A DNA stretch of 64,000 nt, taken from the IMG/VR virus record IMGVR_UViG_3300043620_000032, positions 3,069 to 67,068 of that record; one strand, 5' to 3'. Source of the DNA: a virus (lineage: Duplodnaviria > Caudoviricetes). Every line of letters starts with the position of its first letter. The first letter of the stretch is position 1. Positions 36,067 to 45,630 of this stretch are shown one piece after another. The notes under the pieces were generated by a model. It did no database searches. It was not told where the DNA came from and saw nothing but the letters and a program-made list of their open reading frames with translations. The position numbers and the translations under genes are program-made.

Positions 36067-38633
36067 GTCAGCCTCACTTTAGGGTCGAGGAAGTACGGCA
36101 CCGTGGCCCGTCCGATCCGTGGATAGGCGTAGATGTAGCCCTTCTGTTGCGGCTGTGGTGCAGTCAACCCCAACGTCTGCAGGAACCGACAGCCAGCACG
36201 CATGGTGGCGCTACCATCGCCCACCACACTGCCATCTATTGCCGTTGCATAACCTTGCGAGAACGGTCCACCCGAAAATCCAGCCGGCACTGGAAAAGCA
36301 AACGCTGACTGCCCAAAATTACTTGTAAATTGCAACAGAGTATTGGGGTTGCCACTGCCAGTCAGAGCCGCAAAAGCAAACGCCGCATTGGTCGGAAACA
36401 ATGACGAAATATCAAATCCACCAACGTTGGTGGTAGGATCGTGAGCAGCATTGCCGTTCCAAGGGCCGTTGTCGAGACGAACATGAAATTTCTTGTTGGG
36501 TAGATCAACGGCAATACACCAAGTATCATTCAACGCAATAGCAGCAAGAACACTCAGAGCACGATTACCAGCATACCAAACCGTTCCTTGCTGATCGATC
36601 GTTGCTCCATTGGCAGTGTAATTAGAAAATGCTGAGCCACCAGTAATGATCCCACACACACCAACGGGATAACCAAGATATTGTTCTATATGTGTGTTCT
36701 TGTGCTCGAAATAAAATTTGCCTGACGTCTGCGCAGCTGTTGATCGAATATAACCTACACCAGTTCCAGTCTGTGTGATGATCAAACCGCTACCACTCAA
36801 GCTTACTTGCGCATTCGAATCGACCGTATTCCAAATGGTGAGACCATCCACTGGCTCTCCAGCTCCAGTCGTACCAGCCGCCGTACAAAAAAATACCCGA
36901 CCAGGATTACTGGCGTGCTTGACCGGATCACCGACAACATAAGCTGTCGACCGTGCCACCGCCGACACCTGGCTGTCCCATGCCGACGTATCGGACGACA
37001 ATGCTCCCGCAGGAGATAAAACGCTGGCTTTGCTACCACGCCTGTATGAACCCTTCGGTGACGACGCCGACCCCAAATATTCGACCACCATGAACACTTC
37101 ATCGTTAGTCGGCACGCGCACATCGTTGGCGATGCCATACAGAGTGACAAACCGAGTGGCGTTTACAACATCGTTCCAGATCACAAGCGGCCAGGCATTG
37201 AACACAGTGTAAGGATTGACGACGGTAGCGTTTATCGCAAGCTGATGCGAAATCGGCACGTTGCCATCGACCGCACCGCCATTACGTACAATTTTGGTTG
37301 AAATTGTCTCTGCTCCTCCCGACGTATGGCGCTCATTGCGGTAGTTAGTGCCATCACTGGCACAACGCACCAGGTCGACCACCAACCCACAAAACATGTT
37401 GGTGTCGCCACTGAGAAACACCGACGTCAGATTGACAGGAAGTTTGCAATCCTTGAACAAAATGTAGCCAGAGACATTCCTAGCTACCAAGGCACCGCCC
37501 GCAGCAAGAAGGCTTAAATCACTGCCTTCGATCACAGCATTCGATACCCAATTTGCACCTGTAAATAATGCTTGGTTCGCACCAGCGAGCACACCTGTAA
37601 ATGCACAGTTCTCCATCCTGATGTTTGCTATACCAAGACGAATCATTTGCCCGCTAGCTGACAGATTGAACGTACAATCCTTGAACTCGAATTGCGTCCC
37701 ATTGACTGAGCTGACGTTGCTGATCCTGATTTGCAAACCGGTGTTGGTGTTGGTGATCGAGAACACACAGGTGTCAAAACGAACCTGATTGAGTGTGCCA
37801 CTACCAATATCGAACGAACCAGTCCCAGCATTGACGAACTGCAATCCATAGACATAAACAGGAGATTGCCCGGTAAAAAGTATGATCGTTGCTGAACCGG
37901 TCGCTGTAAACGTTGCCGTCGTACGCAAATCAGCCGGACCAAGTGGAAATGCTGCAGTGTGATCAACACAGAGCACCGAACCCATACCAAGACCAGAACC
38001 CTGCTGAATAATATTTATTGAACCAGTCGCCTGCGTCTCAGCATGATCATCCCCCACAAACGTGATCATATTAGCGTTGGCAACCCAGCTACCACTGTTG
38101 TTGAAAACAATCCCCAACCGTGGCACTGGAGCCGCCCAACGACTTGTAAAATTACCAACCGGACCGAGACAAGTCCAAGTGATGGAGCTTTCGACAGTCG
38201 TGCCACCCGGTGTCGTGTTCCAAGTAGGCTCTGCCGTAACAGAAAACTGTGAACCGGCAACCGAGCAGATAAAATAATGCGTCTTCGCAACGTTGGTGAT
38301 GATCACACCAAGAAAGACGTTGACTGTTTGAGCGATCCACGTACCTACATTGGCGAGATCACCATTGACTGACGGCTGCGCCGTGCATTCCTGCCACTTC
38401 GGACCAGCTGCCTCCGTGATAATCACACCCTTGGCAGGCGTAGCGCCCCACGTTGGCTCCGTTGCCAACGACGTCCCAGCTAAAATACAAACAAAACATC
38501 GCTCACTGTTGATGCTTGGTGCGGTACGCTGACGTACAATCTGTCCGACCGTATAAGCCGTGCTCGCCGTCCACATCGCAACGGCGCTATAAGCCACCGA
38601 GTCAACGTAAATGACTTTCTCGGTGTAAGCCAT
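36063..38633 (-). CDS. Tailspike/receptor-binding protein (CBM-like repeats, beta-helix, SPRY-like insert)
   Basis: WTASTAYTVG and AGTS-A-EPTW repeats; F-DC-F beta-helix repeats; SGKFYFE...IAVDL...FGQSAF. Confidence 0.8.
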   Translation of the reverse strand: MAYTEKVIYVDSVAYSAVAMWTASTAYTVGQIVRQRTAPSINSERCFVCILAGTSLATEPTWGATPAKGVIITEAAGPKWQECTAQPSVNGDLANVGTWIAQTVNVFLGVIITNVAKTHYFICSVAGSQFSVTAEPTWNTTPGGTTVESSITWTCLGPVGNFTSRWAAPVPRLGIVFNNSGSWVANANMITFVGDDHAETQATGSINIIQQGSGLGMGSVLCVDHTAAFPLGPADLRTTATFTATGSATIILFTGQSPVYVYGLQFVNAGTGSFDIGSGTLNQVRFDTCVFSITNTNTGLQIRISNVSSVNGTQFEFKDCTFNLSASGQMIRLGIANIRMENCAFTGVLAGANQALFTGANWVSNAVIEGSDLSLLAAGGALVARNVSGYILFKDCKLPVNLTSVFLSGDTNMFCGLVVDLVRCASDGTNYRNERHTSGGAETISTKIVRNGGAVDGNVPISHQLAINATVVNPYTVFNAWPLVIWNDVVNATRFVTLYGIANDVRVPTNDEVFMVVEYLGSASSPKGSYRRGSKASVLSPAGALSSDTSAWDSQVSAVARSTAYVVGDPVKHASNPGRVFFCTAAGTTGAGEPVDGLTIWNTVDSNAQVSLSGSGLIITQTGTGVGYIRSTAAQTSGKFYFEHKNTHIEQYLGYPVGVCGIITGGSAFSNYTANGATIDQQGTVWYAGNRALSVLAAIALNDTWCIAVDLPNKKFHVRLDNGPWNGNAAHDPTTNVGGFDISSLFPTNAAFAFAALTGSGNPNTLLQFTSNFGQSAFAFPVPAGFSGGPFSQGYATAIDGSVVGDGSATMRAGCRFLQTLGLTAPQPQQKGYIYAYPRIGRATVPYFLDPKVRLT

Positions 38634-39886
38634 TACTGCAGCGCCTTCACGCTGTAAGACCAGACACCGTTCACACCCCACATCATCAATGAGAACGCAT
38701 GTCCGTTGATGATATCGAACGCATCACCAACATTGGTCCCTACCGTCCAATTGGCGAACGCCGGCACGCCAGCTCCGGCCTGATTGAAGATCGTCAGAAT
38801 GCAGCTGCCACTGCCCACAGAGGGTGCGATAATAGTAAAATTACCAACGTTGTTTACAAACTGAATTGGTCCAAGACCAAAATCGATCTGGATATTGCCG
38901 TTGGGATACTGGTACGGCACCGCCACCACACCGCCGCTGAAGGCCTGTCCGGTAACACCTAGATGCATGACAGCACCAGCCACCGACGGACCAGTCGGTC
39001 CCTGCGGACCCGTCACCCCTACGATCTGCACCGCCTCGATCGAGAAGCTCGAATCCACCGCCACGATGGTGACGTTGGTGCCGCTACCGATAAGAACAAA
39101 AACTTCAAAATAATCGCCTGGCACCACCGGGATTGCCGGCGACGACACCGACGTCCAGATCTCGGAAAAATTGCCACCGCTGAACGCCTGCGCACTGCGG
39201 CCTGGCCAATTGAGCTGCGAACCGTTTTTGTAGAACGCAACGTAATAGGAAGCATTGGTCGGCGTGTTGGTCATGCGCAGGCAGCAATTGAGCCGCACGT
39301 AACTCACGCCTGACGGCACCGTCATCCGAGTATTGTTGCTGGCGGAATTGTGCCAATTACCGAGATCGTAAGCGTCAGCCCCATCCCAACCGATCGCGGT
39401 CGTCGAACTCAAATTGAGGCTGACAGCATCGGCCGCCTTCTTCGCCATGCAGCCAGAAAACGTCGGTACGTTGCCAGCTGGCCCGGTTGGACCTGGCGGT
39501 CCGCCGTAATCGCCAGTCGGCCCAGTCGCGCCGGTATTGGTCGCAAATCCAGCTGTCCCGGTCGGTCCGGTGACACCGGGAGTGCCGGTCGGACCACCCG
39601 GAGGACCAGGAAGCCCAACAGGCCCCTCCATCCCAGTCGGACCAATAATTGACTCACCCTGCGGCCCGGTAACTCCGATCGAGCCAGTCGGCCCAGTGAC
39701 AATGCTGCCGGGTCCAGTCGGTCCGGTAGCACGCGCCCCAGTCGGCCCAGTGAAAGAAACCCCTGACGATCCTGTTGACCCGGTCGCGCCGGTCAGTCCG
39801 CTCGATGGCCCAGTCGGACCGGTAGCACCAAAAATTGGGACGACCGGCCATGCTGCAACTGGGGCGTCATCACTGTTGCTTCTCAC
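38633..39886 (-). CDS. Collagen-like fibre protein with C1q-like domain
   Basis: [14 protein letters not shown] repeats, AYDLGNWH...RMTVPSG. Confidence 0.8.
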   Translation of the reverse strand: MRSNSDDAPVAAWPVVPIFGATGPTGPSSGLTGATGSTGSSGVSFTGPTGARATGPTGPGSIVTGPTGSIGVTGPQGESIIGPTGMEGPVGLPGPPGGPTGTPGVTGPTGTAGFATNTGATGPTGDYGGPPGPTGPAGNVPTFSGCMAKKAADAVSLNLSSTTAIGWDGADAYDLGNWHNSASNNTRMTVPSGVSYVRLNCCLRMTNTPTNASYYVAFYKNGSQLNWPGRSAQAFSGGNFSEIWTSVSSPAIPVVPGDYFEVFVLIGSGTNVTIVAVDSSFSIEAVQIVGVTGPQGPTGPSVAGAVMHLGVTGQAFSGGVVAVPYQYPNGNIQIDFGLGPIQFVNNVGNFTIIAPSVGSGSCILTIFNQAGAGVPAFANWTVGTNVGDAFDIINGHAFSLMMWGVNGVWSYSVKALQ

Positions 39887-39910
39887 GGCGGATACGTCAC
39901 CCCCTGATGA

Positions 39911-40939
39911 TTATGAAGCCTTGATCTCAAATTTATAGCCTTGCCACGAACCGCTTACCGGCACGATCGCAGTCATCGGACTGCTCACGCCGATAGTTGG
40001 AACGATCTCGTAACAAAGACGCATGCTGCCACCAACATTGTTCACCGACCAGACATCGGTGTAGAGATTTGGCAACGGAATGCCATTTGCTTCCGCTGTA
40101 GCAAAAATACCAAAAACCATGGATTGATCGCTGGTCGTTGGAATTTGAGGTACAGAGAGACCGGTGCCAACCCCAATATTGAAGGTGTTCGCTCCAATGG
40201 GTGTCACTGCAGATGCATTACGAACGACCCACGTTTGAATATTCCAATTGGCTACGTCTTGCCACACCCACGTTATATTATCGTTGCCAGTAGCAATTTT
40301 CCACGCCCAAGCCGAATTCGATTGTCCAGAACCTGATGACCGCTGTTCACCGATCGTCCAAACGTTAGTGCACGTAAAATTCTGAGCCGGAATGCCACCG
40401 ACAACTTCCACAACTGATAACAACAAATCACCGACTTGAATTCCGGACGGCAAAGGGCACTGACCAAGATTATCAGGTGTACCGGTGTTGCCCGGTCCAA
40501 CACCAAAAATCACAGGTGCAGCAACCAGTGGCGGTAATCCAGCGGGATAAGTAACACCCTGCTTCACCTCGAGCACGCCATGCAGCAATGGCACGCGCAT
40601 CGCAGGATTGGATCCATCGACCATCACCATGTCGTAAACGTAAGTGCCGGGTTTCAGGTTGGCCTGAATATCATCCGGCGCGACATTGAAATGAATCACC
40701 CGCTGGTAAACATCATCGATGACGATCCGACCATTGGCAGTCGACATCTGCAGCAACGGCACCAAGTCGTACCGATTGAGCTGCACGTCCATCTCGAATG
40801 TCTGACCTTCGAAATTCCACTCATAACCAGCTGGCGCGCCAAACCGAACAGCATCCATCCAGGTGCCGTTATTGGCAAACTTCCAATCGAGATGCGCCGA
40901 AGTCGACGAAGAATAATCGGGACAATCGCAGCGTGACAT
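39911..40939 (-). CDS. Virion structural protein (two beta domains)
   Basis: LKPGTYVYDMVMV...LLHGVLEVKQGVT N-domain; PLPSGIQVGDLLL C-domain. Confidence 0.65.
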   Translation of the reverse strand: MSRCDCPDYSSSTSAHLDWKFANNGTWMDAVRFGAPAGYEWNFEGQTFEMDVQLNRYDLVPLLQMSTANGRIVIDDVYQRVIHFNVAPDDIQANLKPGTYVYDMVMVDGSNPAMRVPLLHGVLEVKQGVTYPAGLPPLVAAPVIFGVGPGNTGTPDNLGQCPLPSGIQVGDLLLSVVEVVGGIPAQNFTCTNVWTIGEQRSSGSGQSNSAWAWKIATGNDNITWVWQDVANWNIQTWVVRNASAVTPIGANTFNIGVGTGLSVPQIPTTSDQSMVFGIFATAEANGIPLPNLYTDVWSVNNVGGSMRLCYEIVPTIGVSSPMTAIVPVSGSWQGYKFEIKAS

Positions 40940-40942
40940 AGC

Positions 40943-41599
40943 TCACCTCGGCGTCGGATGAACATTGAACGTGCTCACGCCGCCTCTTTGACTAGAAACT
41001 CGAAACGATCGTGGAAACGCCCAGGACGAAGACCCGACAGCATTGGCCCGGATCATCGCCGTGCGTGCATGAGCGATACCGTCACGGAATTTCTGCGTGT
41101 GATAATTAGCGAGCTGCGGGTTGCTGTAGCTCGAACCCGGCTGCAACATCATGCCGCCAAGCAGCCCGCTCAGAAGCGTGAGGTAATGCGTCGGCAGCAG
41201 CCATTCAGGAACGCCTGGCGGGAAACACGACAGCGGATCGGTGACGGTCTTGATGACCACCGCGGCCATATCCTGCACGTCGGTGTACGGATACATGAAC
41301 TGCAGCGTACCGATCTCCGGCATGATCACTGATTGTGGGGTCGCGAACTGGTCAACCACTCCCAGCAACCGCAAAATGCGACCGCCCTTTACCGGAACGA
41401 TTGGATAATCCAGCGTCTCAGGAATGACGGTGAACCTGATCCACTCCTGCCAGCAGTTCGACTCGTCGAAAAATCGTTGCAACGTATCGAACAGCTGAAC
41501 TTTCATCCCGATGTCGGACGCACCAGACAACGACACATTGGCCTGGCCCATCAATTGCGCCCAGTAAGCATCACACGGATCGTTTGTTTGCTCGCTCAT
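40943..41599 (-). CDS. Head-tail adaptor / tail tubular protein A-like
   Basis: LQRFFDESNCWQE; position. Confidence 0.7.
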   Translation of the reverse strand: MSEQTNDPCDAYWAQLMGQANVSLSGASDIGMKVQLFDTLQRFFDESNCWQEWIRFTVIPETLDYPIVPVKGGRILRLLGVVDQFATPQSVIMPEIGTLQFMYPYTDVQDMAAVVIKTVTDPLSCFPPGVPEWLLPTHYLTLLSGLLGGMMLQPGSSYSNPQLANYHTQKFRDGIAHARTAMIRANAVGSSSWAFPRSFRVSSQRGGVSTFNVHPTPR

Positions 41600-42054
41600 G
41601 CGCCCTTCCCACTGCGCTTGCCGGTTGGCGGTGAACCACCAGTGACAGGGCCAATACCGTGGCCAACTAGACCTTGAGTGAACATCCCCAGAAACGCCGT
41701 TGATCTCTGGTCCTCATAATCCTCCTGATCGCGCTCGAGTGCGTGGCCAACAATTCCGTGCAAGATGGCGAGCCGAAACGGCGTCTCCATCTTCACTTTG
41801 GTCTCATCAACCACCGTGAATGCTTGGACCTGGCCTTTGAACGCCAGATTGAACACGAACAGATCGGACCGGAGCCGCTTGGCCTCCAGCAGGGTCAGAT
41901 TGAGCGCCCGCAACAACGATGGATCGTCGTAGCGATAGCCCACAATTATGTCCTGCAGCAGGGTACGTGCTTCTTCGACGTAATCAGCGACCGTATTCAG
42001 CGTCGGCTGATCGTCGTCGCTGAAATCACCGTACCAGCTGGGAGATGTTGCCAT
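41596..42054 (-). CDS. Head-tail adaptor (DUF6682-like)
   Basis: TVADYVEEARTLLQD...RYDDPSLLRALN. Confidence 0.7.
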   Translation of the reverse strand: MATSPSWYGDFSDDDQPTLNTVADYVEEARTLLQDIIVGYRYDDPSLLRALNLTLLEAKRLRSDLFVFNLAFKGQVQAFTVVDETKVKMETPFRLAILHGIVGHALERDQEDYEDQRSTAFLGMFTQGLVGHGIGPVTGGSPPTGKRSGKGA

Positions 42055-42073
42055 CCTAGGCTCCTCTGCGAGG

Positions 42074-42105
42074 AGCCTAGGACGCAATCCTTAAGGAATG
42101 GTTAA
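42074..42105 (-). promoter_or_regulatory. CtrA-type late promoter for the adaptor/tail operon
   Basis: TTAA-CCATTCC-TTAA, 11 nt, TAGGCT. Confidence 0.75.
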
Positions 42106-42467
42106 GGCACCTCGATAGCCACAGAGAATTCACGTTCCGCCTCCTGTGGCACAGGAGACAAGCGCGTACCGGAGCGAAGTTTGAACCAAGCAACTCCTCG
42201 CAGAGTCTCAGGATTAATAAGAAGACCAACACCAGGTATTACATTTGGAAAACTAATCTCATGAGGTATGAAAGAAAAAACATTATTTTGCATACCTAAA
42301 AGATCATTGTAACCTGCACCATCCGACGAAATTTGAAATGTCAACGGTGCCCGCGTCCAACCCGCCGGCATTGTGAACCGCACAATTTTGCCAGCTGAAC
42401 AATCGACTCCGTTCGATAGCCACTCGCCGGCAGGGATTTTAATGTCTGTCAAGACTTGTAGGGGCAT
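42102..42467 (-). CDS. Hypothetical virion protein
   Basis: GGGAGG RBS; follows the capsid terminator. Confidence 0.7.
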   Translation of the reverse strand: MPLQVLTDIKIPAGEWLSNGVDCSAGKIVRFTMPAGWTRAPLTFQISSDGAGYNDLLGMQNNVFSFIPHEISFPNVIPGVGLLINPETLRGVAWFKLRSGTRLSPVPQEAEREFSVAIEVP

Positions 42468-42476
42468 CAACTCCTC

Positions 42477-42505
42477 CCAAAAACTGGGGGGCCGAAGCCC
42501 CCCAA
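42477..42505 (-). terminator. Intrinsic terminator after the major capsid gene
   Basis: GGGGGC-TTCG-GCCCCC stem-loop then T run on the minus strand. Confidence 0.85.
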
Positions 42506-42522
42506 CTCCCTTACGTCAGAGC

Positions 42523-43554
42523 TTACGTCAGAGTGATCTGGGCCTGTGCCAGAGCATTGCCATCTACGACCTGGTAACCGTAGACCTGCAGTCCTCGCAA
42601 GATCTGCCCGAACGTCAGTTCAGATCGCAGCGTCTCCACTTTAGAGATCTGCGAAGCGAACGTGAGCCCGTGAGAATGTCCTGCAAAGATAATCTGCTCA
42701 CCAACCGCGAAGTTGGCATCATTTGCTCCACCCAACCCATCGTGTACCGGCAGCAGGTTGGAAATGTAGATCGTGAACCGATCCACCTGACCAAGGCGAC
42801 CGTTGCGCAGCATCGAGGTCGGATCACCGGAGAGGTAAGCCTGCCTCAATTCGGACTGCTTGATGTAGCGACCAGCAGCTGCTGACATCACCACCCAACG
42901 ACCCTGCTCCGGAATGTTCTGCTCATCCAACGCCTGACCGAGACGCAACAGCACATCGAGAATGCTGGTGTCAGTACCCGCAACGGGATACAGCTTCACC
43001 GCCAACGGCGTGCCCTTGATGCCAAGGTTCAAGTTGCCGGAGATCGCTCCAGCTGCCGCCCCTTTGTTTTTGGCAACAGCGCCGCCAACAATGCCGCTGA
43101 GCACATCACGATCGACCGTGATCTTCAGCTGCTGGGCCGCATCATCCGACCACATGCTGAGGATATTGAGGTCGGACTGCACTTCCATGACGTCATCGAG
43201 GATCAGCGAGAAGTATTTGCCGATCCCGATATACAGCTCGATGCTGCCACCGGACGGACGATCGAGACCGAGCAAGCCGTCAGCCTGATAGTCCTTGATC
43301 GTGATGGTGGGCTTGGTTCGGATTTTCACCCGATCGCCCATGTTCTGGATTTCGCCCTCGTAATCGGTGTTTGAGATCGCCGCGAGGACAGTAGATGCGT
43401 AGAACTTCTCGACCAGCTTCGCCGACCAAATTTCCGGAATAAATCCGGTCGTCACGAGGGTATTAGCGGTCGAGCCGACGGGAGTAAGTGGAGTCGGGGG
43501 GACAGCGGGAGGTGCTATACCCGCAACGGGGTAACTAGTTTGGGGGATAGGCAT
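42523..43554 (-). CDS. Major capsid protein (HK97 fold, P22-coat-like)
   Basis: FIPEIWSAKL, TDYEGEI, GDRVKI, LRGLQVYGYQVV; after scaffold, followed by strong terminator. Confidence 0.9.
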   Translation of the reverse strand: MPIPQTSYPVAGIAPPAVPPTPLTPVGSTANTLVTTGFIPEIWSAKLVEKFYASTVLAAISNTDYEGEIQNMGDRVKIRTKPTITIKDYQADGLLGLDRPSGGSIELYIGIGKYFSLILDDVMEVQSDLNILSMWSDDAAQQLKITVDRDVLSGIVGGAVAKNKGAAAGAISGNLNLGIKGTPLAVKLYPVAGTDTSILDVLLRLGQALDEQNIPEQGRWVVMSAAAGRYIKQSELRQAYLSGDPTSMLRNGRLGQVDRFTIYISNLLPVHDGLGGANDANFAVGEQIIFAGHSHGLTFASQISKVETLRSELTFGQILRGLQVYGYQVVDGNALAQAQITLT

Positions 43555-43617
43555 CGAGGTAGCCCCTGTGCTTGGGAGCTACCCCACATCTCAATATCTG
43601 GACGGCGCAGCCCCCGG

Positions 43618-44682
43618 TTATGACCGGTAGCGCCCCTCTCTCTGAGCTGTGAAGAAATCAGCCTCTAATCGTGCCCACTCAGCCTCACGACCGACATAGG
43701 CACCCTTGCGATGCTGCTCATACAGCTGTTTGACTTGGGCGCGTGTGTAGGTGGGCTTGTCGGCTGGCAACGAGGCATCGCCTCCAGTCGCCGGTCGAGC
43801 ACGTCCAGGAGCCGCCAGGCTGGTCAGGGATATCGCCGGTTCTCTAGGGGCAGGTGCCGGCTGAGAACTAGGCGCTGACGCAACGTGTCCTGTGGCTACT
43901 TCCTCCGAAAGGAAGCTTTTGAAGAACCAGACGACTCTAGGGGCAGCGCCAACTGAAATCGCCTCGTTCAACAGAGTCTGTCTAACACGACCGGATAAAA
44001 CGTCAATACCTAGCAGCCAGCGATGCCAGCGCGGATTGCGATCGATCTCACGATAATCCGGCACTGCGATCTCGACTGCATTGTCAAGTTGCCGCCGTTG
44101 TTCCTTCGCCAGTTGCCGTCGCAATTCCTCATTCTTCTGCTCGAGCGTTTGCAAATGCGGTACGACCGTCTCCATCGCCGCCCGCTTGGCGACATTGAGC
44201 AAATCCCGGCCGTAATTCTGCTCATCTTCCGGGGTTAAAAATTGCGGAGCAGGGGTTTTAGGGGAAGCTCGACGTTGTGGCTGCTGACTCTTCAATACCT
44301 CGTTGTAGTACTTCTCTTGCAGCTCGCCGAGATCCCTGTGTGCCTGTTCAAGCTCTGCGCGTTCCCGTCCTTCTTTTGACAGCGCGCGGCTTTTCCAAGT
44401 GTTTGAGTTCGGATCGGGATCGTCGGGGGACGGAGGAGCAACGGCAGGTGCCGACGGGGCGGGGGTCGGGGGGGCCTCTACCTGCGAAGCCGGCACCTGC
44501 ACAGTCGAAGGTTCCGCGGGGATAGATTGCGGTGGCTCCGACACTCCAGACGGCTGAGTCCCGTCTGAACCTCTATAGAGTGCCTCGACTGCTGCCACAC
44601 GATCTCGAACTGCCTTTGGAATATCGTTCGGATCATACGGCAATTTTTCCATCGGGGTCTGATCAACGACGACATCAACCAT
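43618..44682 (-). CDS. Capsid scaffolding protein
   Basis: Coiled-coil/low complexity; upstream of MCP; C-terminal AQREGR. Confidence 0.75.
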   Translation of the reverse strand: MVDVVVDQTPMEKLPYDPNDIPKAVRDRVAAVEALYRGSDGTQPSGVSEPPQSIPAEPSTVQVPASQVEAPPTPAPSAPAVAPPSPDDPDPNSNTWKSRALSKEGRERAELEQAHRDLGELQEKYYNEVLKSQQPQRRASPKTPAPQFLTPEDEQNYGRDLLNVAKRAAMETVVPHLQTLEQKNEELRRQLAKEQRRQLDNAVEIAVPDYREIDRNPRWHRWLLGIDVLSGRVRQTLLNEAISVGAAPRVVWFFKSFLSEEVATGHVASAPSSQPAPAPREPAISLTSLAAPGRARPATGGDASLPADKPTYTRAQVKQLYEQHRKGAYVGREAEWARLEADFFTAQREGRYRS

Positions 44683-44887
44683 TCTTAGCCCTCTCTAATG
44701 CGTCCAGAATCTTCTGACATTGCTGCGCATGACCCTGCGCCAATGGGAGATTCTCGGTAGCTTTGACCAACTGTTCGTATTGCCGATCGGTGTAATCGAC
44801 GAACGCTGCGTAAAAACCCTGAAATGCCGACGGCGATGCGTTCCGAATGAAACGCGCCTGCTTCGTCAGCTCGTCCGTCGTGCTCAC
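44675..44887 (-). CDS. Small head-associated hypothetical protein
   Basis: 70 aa helical; precedes scaffold. Confidence 0.7.
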   Translation of the reverse strand: MSTTDELTKQARFIRNASPSAFQGFYAAFVDYTDRQYEQLVKATENLPLAQGHAQQCQKILDALERAKNG

Positions 44888-45174
44888 GCAGCCTCATCAT
44901 CGTCACCACCAGAAGGTGGCATCATCGCCGTTGGTGCCCGCGACGGTGCCTGACCCATCGGTACAGGAGGCTCTTCCGGCTCCGGCGGTGCCTCAGGCTC
45001 TGGCGACGACTTGGGGTACTGATTAGCCATCCCCTGCATGGGATCGCCACCAGTGAGCGTCTCAATGCCACCAGGGCCCCGCCGCTGCTCACTGGCACCC
45101 TTGCCGACGTGAGTCTTGATCGACCCACCCTTGGTCAGCGCCGTGAGGTCTTTTTTGAAGGGTCTACGTACCAT
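44884..45174 (-). CDS. Small low-complexity protein (KGG motif)
   Basis: MVRRPFKKDLTALTKGGSIK. Confidence 0.6.
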   Translation of the reverse strand: MVRRPFKKDLTALTKGGSIKTHVGKGASEQRRGPGGIETLTGGDPMQGMANQYPKSSPEPEAPPEPEEPPVPMGQAPSRAPTAMMPPSGGDDDEAA

Positions 45175-45388
45175 AGGGGTTGTACCCTCCCGGTCCCATC
45201 GGCCCGACAATGCCGGCACCGCGGATGCCCATGTCCGGCCCCGCGCTATAGGGCGTGCCGCCCTTGCCGTACTCGCGAGTGCTGATGGGCTTGATCCGTG
45301 GCGGACCAACTACAGCCTTCGCCGGATCCATGATTTTTGGTCGCCCCAACGGCCTGGGCGACCGCGGTATTGCCATCCGGGGCGGCAT
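45164..45388 (-). CDS. Small Pro/Gly-rich basic protein
   Basis: YGKGG motif; coupled to neighbours. Confidence 0.55.
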   Translation of the reverse strand: MPPRMAIPRSPRPLGRPKIMDPAKAVVGPPRIKPISTREYGKGGTPYSAGPDMGIRGAGIVGPMGPGGYNPYGT

Positions 45389-45630
45389 CAGCGTGCGCTC
45401 GTGCGACCCGCCTGCTGCGGAATCGCTGGGCTGAAACCAAACATCTTGGTCGACCCGCCGGCGGCGTATTTCGGCCCCGGAGCTGCCGCCTGGTCCTTGC
45501 CGGTATTGCCAGGCTTGTCCGGGCCAGCCGCCTGCTTGCTGAACATGGGCGTATCGCCACCCTCAGCAAATTCGACGTCGTGCTGCGCCTCCTTCTTGGT
45601 GGCGTTCACGGAGAGCTTGTTGGCGCGCAT
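45388..45630 (-). CDS. Small protein with FAEGG and YAAGG motifs
   Basis: GGAGG RBS; first gene after a CtrA-type promoter. Confidence 0.7.
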   Translation of the reverse strand: MRANKLSVNATKKEAQHDVEFAEGGDTPMFSKQAAGPDKPGNTGKDQAAAPGPKYAAGGSTKMFGFSPAIPQQAGRTSAR

